Of a stretch of 64,000 bases of DNA, positions 58,280-64,000 are shown in pieces (position 1 is the stretch's first letter; each line of letters opens with the position of its first letter). Made by a program: the position numbers and the translations under genes. Under the pieces are notes generated by a model, which was not told where the DNA came from, searched no databases, and saw only the letters and a list, made by a program, of their open reading frames with translations. The stretch is from a virus: positions 32,001 to 96,000 of the IMG/VR virus record IMGVR_UViG_3300021375_000011. One strand, given 5' to 3'.

Positions 58280-58656
58280 AGTACATTATTATTGTGATAT
58301 TAGGCTTAATATCATTTACTACACATGCTCAAGAAATACCAAAACCAATGCCGAAGCCAGAAAGAACACAATTATTATTAAACATGCAGGTTCCATGTAG
58401 TCAGCAAGGCATTGAGTATCTTTCAGATATAGTAAACGAACACGGCGAACAAGAGTTTGCAAGTGGAGTGTTTGCAATAAAACCAGTATCAAAGCCAGAT
58501 TTGGTCACGGTTGATTTATTAATGTATGTCAATCCTAAAACAAGAACGTTTACAATCTTTAGCTATCAAAAAGTCGGTGACTACAATATTGCATGTGTGC
58601 TTGCCGGTGGTACAGATTTCACACCATTCTCAGGTGAGTATAGAAAGAATGATTGA
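58276..58656 (+). CDS. secreted / periplasmic hypothetical protein
   Basis: MKYIIIVILGLISFTTHA signal peptide; two Cys. Confidence 0.6.
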   Translation: MKYIIIVILGLISFTTHAQEIPKPMPKPERTQLLLNMQVPCSQQGIEYLSDIVNEHGEQEFASGVFAIKPVSKPDLVTVDLLMYVNPKTRTFTIFSYQKVGDYNIACVLAGGTDFTPFSGEYRKND

Positions 58657-59572
58657 TGTTGCTGATTTAGATTGTATATACTTGAGCTATGACGAGCCCA
58701 AAAAAGAAGAATTTTGGGTAAAAATACGCAACATGGTTCCGTGGGCTAAACGTGTAGATGGAGTACATGGATCAGATGCGGCACACAAAGCGGCTGCTGA
58801 CGCAAGCGATACAGAACGTTTTATACTAATTGATGGCGATAACTTGCCACAAGAAAGTTTTTTCAACGAAACGATCGAATACAAAACAGATCAGTACGAA
58901 CAAGCAGTGTACAGATGGCGTGCCCGCAACGATATAAACGGACTTATGTATGGCAACGGAGGTATTAGCTCATGGACAAAAACGTTTGTACAAAACATGC
59001 GTACACACGAAGCAAGTGCGGGTGCAGATGAAACTGACGTAGAATTTTGCTTTGATGATCTATATTGGCCAATGTACAACTGCTATTCAACTACATATCC
59101 TGGAGAAAGTGCAAAACATGCTTTCCGTGCAGGCTTTAGAGAAGGCGTAAAGATGTGCCTTGATAAAGGTACCAAGCCCAGTGCAAGTGCGTTTAAAGAA
59201 AGTGTACATAATAGAAACTTAGATCATTTAACCATATGGCACAATATAGGTGCAGATACAGAACACGGACTATGGGCTATTGCAGGATCAAGACTTGGAA
59301 CATATAAAACAATGTTGCAGAAGGATTGGAACTATAAAGACGTACAAGACTTTGCAAAGTTGGATGCTATATGGGAAGATGTAAAACATCTAGCACCTGG
59401 TGAATTAGTAAGTATCAAAGCCGATGATCTTGCTAGACAACTATCTTTACCAATGAATATCCTTACACCAGTACAAAGTAAGTTTTTTAAACATCATTAT
59501 CGCAGTAATTGGCACAATCAAGATATTATGACACGCGAAATTGATGTGATACGGAGCCAAGAAGGATGGTAA
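58649..59572 (+). CDS. glycosyltransferase family 2-like protein
   Basis: ATG 58649; YLSYDEP, RVDGV.G...AH, IDGDN (DxD), YGNGG, AFRAGFREG. Confidence 0.7.
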   Translation: MIDVADLDCIYLSYDEPKKEEFWVKIRNMVPWAKRVDGVHGSDAAHKAAADASDTERFILIDGDNLPQESFFNETIEYKTDQYEQAVYRWRARNDINGLMYGNGGISSWTKTFVQNMRTHEASAGADETDVEFCFDDLYWPMYNCYSTTYPGESAKHAFRAGFREGVKMCLDKGTKPSASAFKESVHNRNLDHLTIWHNIGADTEHGLWAIAGSRLGTYKTMLQKDWNYKDVQDFAKLDAIWEDVKHLAPGELVSIKADDLARQLSLPMNILTPVQSKFFKHHYRSNWHNQDIMTREIDVIRSQEGW

Positions 59573-60642
59573 AAGAACTTTTTGCTGATCTCAGCAAAGA
59601 TTACAAATATACAATGAATGCAATGCCTCGTGGCAAAGATGAACAAAAATCAGTTTCTTTTGCCTGTAATTTGCCACATAAAGTAGTAAGCATCGATGAC
59701 AACTTAAATTGCATACTTTGTATTTGCGATGGTTGGTTGCCTATACCTGTTGGACAAGTGCAAGACTTTACAAGTTTACCTGAGATTTTTTCAAGCCCAA
59801 AAGCAAAAATTTTGCAAGCTGATATTGATGCTAAAACCTATACATGGTGTGCAGTGCAAAATTGTGGAATTAAGCATCATAATGTTTTAAGATCTGATTA
59901 TCAAGTGGTTATTAATATTGACAGGAGTTGTAATCTGCAATGTCCTAGCTGTCGGCGAGATAAATTTATGTTGACGTCTGGATCTCTGTATGATAAAAAA
60001 ATAGCCGCGGCAAACCAAATACTTAACTGGTTGGATCAGCTTGACGAACCGATCGATATTGTAACAAGCGGTGATGGTGACCCTCTTGCAAGTCTTGTTA
60101 TGCGTCCATTAATAAAAAATTGGAAGTTTAAACCAAAGCAGAAGATAACAATAAAAACAAACGGCATGTTAATAAAAAAACAATTGCAAAATACTGAAAT
60201 GTTACGCAGTGCTCGTTTCAGTATTAGTGTTGATGCTGGCAGCAAAGATGTGTTTGAAAAAATTAGACTCGGCGGAAACTGGAAAATATTATTAGATAAT
60301 TTTGACTTCTTAGTTAAAAACAAGAAACAAAAATTTACATTTTTAAATTTTACTCTACAAAAAGATAACTATCGTGATTTAGAAAACTTTGTGAAATTAT
60401 GCGAACACTACCAATTTTGTGGCGCAGTGTCAAAACTTTGTGATTGGGGGACTTGGAATCTGCAAGATGTTTCACAACCAGATGAGTGGACTCAAAAAAA
60501 CGGTTACTTTTATGAACATGATGTGTTACAATTAGAACATGCTAATTATAAAGAAGCCGCGTCAATTTGTACCCAGTTTTTAGATCATCCATTGGTATAC
60601 ATTGATACATCAGTGAGAGAAAAGTTGTATGAAGCAAAATAA
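59566..60642 (+). CDS. radical SAM protein
   Basis: CNLQCPSC, GDGDP, TNG, ISVDAG; N-terminal Cys cluster. Confidence 0.85.
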   Translation: MVKELFADLSKDYKYTMNAMPRGKDEQKSVSFACNLPHKVVSIDDNLNCILCICDGWLPIPVGQVQDFTSLPEIFSSPKAKILQADIDAKTYTWCAVQNCGIKHHNVLRSDYQVVINIDRSCNLQCPSCRRDKFMLTSGSLYDKKIAAANQILNWLDQLDEPIDIVTSGDGDPLASLVMRPLIKNWKFKPKQKITIKTNGMLIKKQLQNTEMLRSARFSISVDAGSKDVFEKIRLGGNWKILLDNFDFLVKNKKQKFTFLNFTLQKDNYRDLENFVKLCEHYQFCGAVSKLCDWGTWNLQDVSQPDEWTQKNGYFYEHDVLQLEHANYKEAASICTQFLDHPLVYIDTSVREKLYEAK

Positions 60643-62059
60643 AGGCGATGAGGTAAACAAAGATTTTAAATCTAAGTTTCTCAGTGATGCTGAAATAGCA
60701 AAACAAAAGCTGGATACAGTAAGTTCAAGTTTCTGTTTGGCTAAATGGAAACAACTTAGTTTGCATTTGACAACCGGTATGAACAACAGTTGTTATCATC
60801 CTCCACTGCACAGAGCTGATGCTGATGCTATCAAACTCGACCCCGGTGCATTACACAACACAGAACACAAGAAGCAACAACGTAAGATGATGCTAGAAGG
60901 CACACGCCCGCCAGAGTGTAGTTACTGTTGGGCAATGGAGGATAATGGCAAACTAAGTGACAGACACTATCGTTCTGGCGAGCCTTGGGCAATGAAGGAC
61001 TTCGAAACTATAAAGAATGTTCCGTGGGATCAGAATATAGTTCCTAGTTATGTTGAAGTAGACTTTAACAGTGCTTGTAATCTTAGTTGTAGTTATTGTT
61101 CGCCGCAGTACAGTAGTAGTTGGATGAAAGAAACCACACGAGAAGGTGCATGGCCAACCTCAACACCACACAACGACCCTAGCCACTTTGTAGGAGAACG
61201 CAGACCAATACCCGCAAGAGAACACAATCCATATGTAGAAGCGTTTTGGGAATGGTGGCCCTCACTGTATCCAGAACTTGAACATTTTAGAATGACTGGT
61301 GGCGAACCAATGATGGATAAAAACACATATCGTGTATTTGATCATGTATTACAAAACCCATCACCAAAACTACATTTGAGTACTACATCTAACTTCAGTG
61401 TTGAAGAAAAACTTTGGCAAAAGTATAAGGCCTATGTAACAATGCTTTGTGAAAAATCAAGCACTGTAGAACATTTCATGCAGTATGTTAGTCTTGATGG
61501 AATGTTTGAACCAGCAGAATACATGCGGCATGGATTGGACTTTAATTTGCTTTGGGACAGAGTAAACCAGTTTCTTAATGATATTCCAGAACGTAACAGT
61601 ATTACGTTTATTATTACAATGAACAATCTCAGTATCACCACACTTAAAAATTTATTTGCTGGCATACTAGGACTAAGGCAAATATACAGCAACACTTATC
61701 AACGTATATGGTTTGATACACCGGTGTTGCGTACACCTACTTGGCAAAGTTTGCAAATACTTCCTGAAAGTTATGTACATGAGTTAGAGCTTTGCAAGAT
61801 GTGGATGGATGATAATTTGGAAAAACCAGAAAAACGTTTCAAAGGATTTAAAGATTACGAAGTAGCCAGACTAGACAGAGACATTGCTTGGATGCGTAAC
61901 GGACAAAACTTAGATTCTAAGTATATACAACAAAACAAAGCAGACTTTTACAGATTCTTTAATGAGCATGATAGGCGCAGAGGTACAAACTTTTTAAAAA
62001 CCTTTCCTGACATGAAAACATGGTGGAATGAGTGTAAATATTTGGCCGATAATTTTTAG
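60629..62059 (+). CDS. twitch-domain radical SAM protein
   Basis: N-terminal C..KW...SC.HP...C.YCW; CNLSCSYC; GGEP. Confidence 0.88.
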   Translation: MKQNKGDEVNKDFKSKFLSDAEIAKQKLDTVSSSFCLAKWKQLSLHLTTGMNNSCYHPPLHRADADAIKLDPGALHNTEHKKQQRKMMLEGTRPPECSYCWAMEDNGKLSDRHYRSGEPWAMKDFETIKNVPWDQNIVPSYVEVDFNSACNLSCSYCSPQYSSSWMKETTREGAWPTSTPHNDPSHFVGERRPIPAREHNPYVEAFWEWWPSLYPELEHFRMTGGEPMMDKNTYRVFDHVLQNPSPKLHLSTTSNFSVEEKLWQKYKAYVTMLCEKSSTVEHFMQYVSLDGMFEPAEYMRHGLDFNLLWDRVNQFLNDIPERNSITFIITMNNLSITTLKNLFAGILGLRQIYSNTYQRIWFDTPVLRTPTWQSLQILPESYVHELELCKMWMDDNLEKPEKRFKGFKDYEVARLDRDIAWMRNGQNLDSKYIQQNKADFYRFFNEHDRRRGTNFLKTFPDMKTWWNECKYLADNF

Positions 62060-62073
62060 AAATAATTATACAT

Positions 62074-63432
62074 ATGCCAAAACAACCCAACGAAACAGAT
62101 TTAGATTATAAGCAAAGAGTATTGGACCCGCTTAGTTCAAGTATGTGCGGAGCCAAATGGTACAATGCAACCATATGGTTAGGCAGTGGCATGACCACTA
62201 GTTGTCATCATCCTCTTCCGCATAAAGTTAGTGTCGAAGATGTTATAGCAAATCCAAAAGCACTACACAATACACCACAGAAAAAAGAAGAACGTAGGCA
62301 AATGCAGTTTGGCGAGCGACCAAAGGGTTGCGAATACTGCTGGAAAGTAGAAGATATAGGGCGTAAAAATATTAGCGATAGAGTATACAAAAGCGTAATA
62401 TACACTGATAATGAATTGCAGTGTGCCCATGCCACAGACCATAACGAAGATATAAATTTAAAAACACTTGAGATAGCATTTGATAGAACATGTCAACTGG
62501 CTTGTAGTTATTGTAACCCTGCATTCTCCACAACATGGGTCAAAGACATCAAGAAGCACGGGACATATACCAATTTAGAATCTGATGGAAGGAATCATTT
62601 TACACATCCACATGATAGTTCGCAACTGTATAAGTTCAACGAAACAAACCCTTACATTGAAGCATTTTTCAAGTGGTGGGAATCAGACTTGCATCATACA
62701 CTTGATGAGTTACGAATAACTGGCGGTGAACCAATGATGAGTGGGCACTTATGGAAACTATTAGACTGGTTTAAAGAGAATAAAGGTGCAAGTAAAACAC
62801 GTATTGCTATTAATAGTAACCTACAATGTAGTATTGAAGACATAGAAAAATTACTTGACAGGGCAGATAGTGCTCCGCTTGACATATATACTTCAAACGA
62901 AAGTCTTGGAAAACAAAGTGAATACATACGTGATGGATTAGACTGGGGTGTATGGTCTAGAAACTTACACATGCTTGCCAAGAGCAGAAAGATACGCGGT
63001 TTGCACAACATGTGTACTATTAATGCATTATGTTTGGAATCCCTTCCTGAGTTTCTCACGTATTTGTTGCATGTAAAAGAACAACACGGCAGAGATTTTC
63101 CTAGTTTCACACTTAACATATTGCGTTTTCCAAGTTTTCAAAGTGCATTAGCATTACCAGATGAGTTACGCACATACCACAAGGATAGACTACAACAGTG
63201 GTTTGATCAAAATGTCAACAACGATTTATTACACGAACATGAGATAAATCATACACAAAGATTATTAGACTATTTAGACGTGGTAAAAACGCCACATAGT
63301 GAGGCATTTGAGACTCCAAAACTACACAATGATTTTTGGCAATTTTACAATCAATACGATATACGTCGTAACAAAAACTTTGACAAAACATTTCCAAGCA
63401 TGAAAGAATGGCACAATGAGTTACGACTATAA
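62074..63432 (+). CDS. twitch-domain radical SAM protein (paralog)
   Basis: C.AKW...SCHHP...CEYCW; CQLACSYC; GGEP. Confidence 0.88.
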   Translation: MPKQPNETDLDYKQRVLDPLSSSMCGAKWYNATIWLGSGMTTSCHHPLPHKVSVEDVIANPKALHNTPQKKEERRQMQFGERPKGCEYCWKVEDIGRKNISDRVYKSVIYTDNELQCAHATDHNEDINLKTLEIAFDRTCQLACSYCNPAFSTTWVKDIKKHGTYTNLESDGRNHFTHPHDSSQLYKFNETNPYIEAFFKWWESDLHHTLDELRITGGEPMMSGHLWKLLDWFKENKGASKTRIAINSNLQCSIEDIEKLLDRADSAPLDIYTSNESLGKQSEYIRDGLDWGVWSRNLHMLAKSRKIRGLHNMCTINALCLESLPEFLTYLLHVKEQHGRDFPSFTLNILRFPSFQSALALPDELRTYHKDRLQQWFDQNVNNDLLHEHEINHTQRLLDYLDVVKTPHSEAFETPKLHNDFWQFYNQYDIRRNKNFDKTFPSMKEWHNELRL

Positions 63433-64000
63433 CAGTAGCGATCCAATAAAGATAAAGTTAGATGATCTAGAAACACGTGAGCGTTTCCTACTAAGCGAAA
63501 GCAAAACATTTTGTATGTATCCTTGGATACATCTACACGCATATCCAACAGGCGAAGCATATCCTTGTTGTCATGCTGAAATGGGTGTAGGACAGGTAGG
63601 CAACTGTAAAACAAACACCATGACTGAAATATGGAATAGTGCAGAACAAAAGCAACTGCGTAAAGACATGCTAACAGAAACAGAGAACAGTGCATGCGGA
63701 CGTTGTTACGAACAGGAGAAGTCAGGCTTCTTCTCAGGTAGACAAAGTGCAAACAAGCATCACGGACATCACATACACAGAACAAAAGACACCGCACCAG
63801 ACGGTGCATACAACGACTTTCAAATGACCTATTGGGATATACGTTTTTCAAATCTTTGTAACCTGAGTTGCCGAAGTTGTGGACATATATTTTCAAGCAG
63901 TTGGTACAAAGATCAAACTGCACTTGCAGGTCCAGAATGGGCAAAAAACAATAATGTGTTAAACTATGCAGGGCGTTTTGAAACTGACATGATGGACCAA
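63416..64000 (+). CDS. SPASM/twitch radical SAM protein (truncated at window end)
   Basis: ATG 63416; FCMYPW.H...G...PCC...CGRCY...CNLSCRSC; open to the window edge. Confidence 0.85.
   Translation, partial: MSYDYNSSDPIKIKLDDLETRERFLLSESKTFCMYPWIHLHAYPTGEAYPCCHAEMGVGQVGNCKTNTMTEIWNSAEQKQLRKDMLTETENSACGRCYEQEKSGFFSGRQSANKHHGHHIHRTKDTAPDGAYNDFQMTYWDIRFSNLCNLSCRSCGHIFSSSWYKDQTALAGPEWAKNNNVLNYAGRFETDMMDQ

Noticed and set aside
63351-63944. 197-aa - strand ORF
   Set aside because: Antisense to the truncated + strand radical SAM gene starting at 63416, which has clear motifs.
1-64000. Stop-codon reassignment, inteins, tRNAs, or a diversity-generating retroelement
   Set aside because: Core genes are full length in the standard code with TAA, TAG and TGA all used as stops; no intein-sized insertions, tRNA cloverleafs, reverse transcriptase or TR/VR pair were seen by eye.

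Overview
The window is a 64-kb piece of a large, AT-rich, T4-like myovirus genome in the standard genetic code. Left (- strand): fibre/virion genes and the head module (gp23 capsid, gp22 scaffold, gp21 protease, gp20 portal), with a tape-measure-like gene directly upstream of the portal. Middle: a gp26/gp51-like chaperone pair, an accessory island, an EndoII/DenA-like GIY-YIG nuclease, gp46/gp47 and the gp55 late sigma factor. Right (+ strand): baseplate module (gp53, hub, gp5, gp25, gp6, a 4531-aa wedge protein, fibres), then glycosyltransferase-like genes and tandem radical SAM genes. Main leads: (1) a ~490-nt hairpin-dense non-coding element directly downstream of the GIY-YIG gene, a candidate large structured RNA and/or replication origin; (2) a three-gene operon with a minimal ATE1/Bpt-like aminoacyl-tRNA transferase domain; (3) a likely -1 frameshift fusing the gp26-like and gp51-like ORFs; (4) six radical SAM paralogs plus GT, sulfotransferase and SDR genes, several under late promoters, suggesting virion modification; (5) a TAA(A/G)TA late promoter that often yields leaderless mRNAs, sometimes with an upstream palindrome. 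All family calls come from motif recognition by eye; no database search was run.
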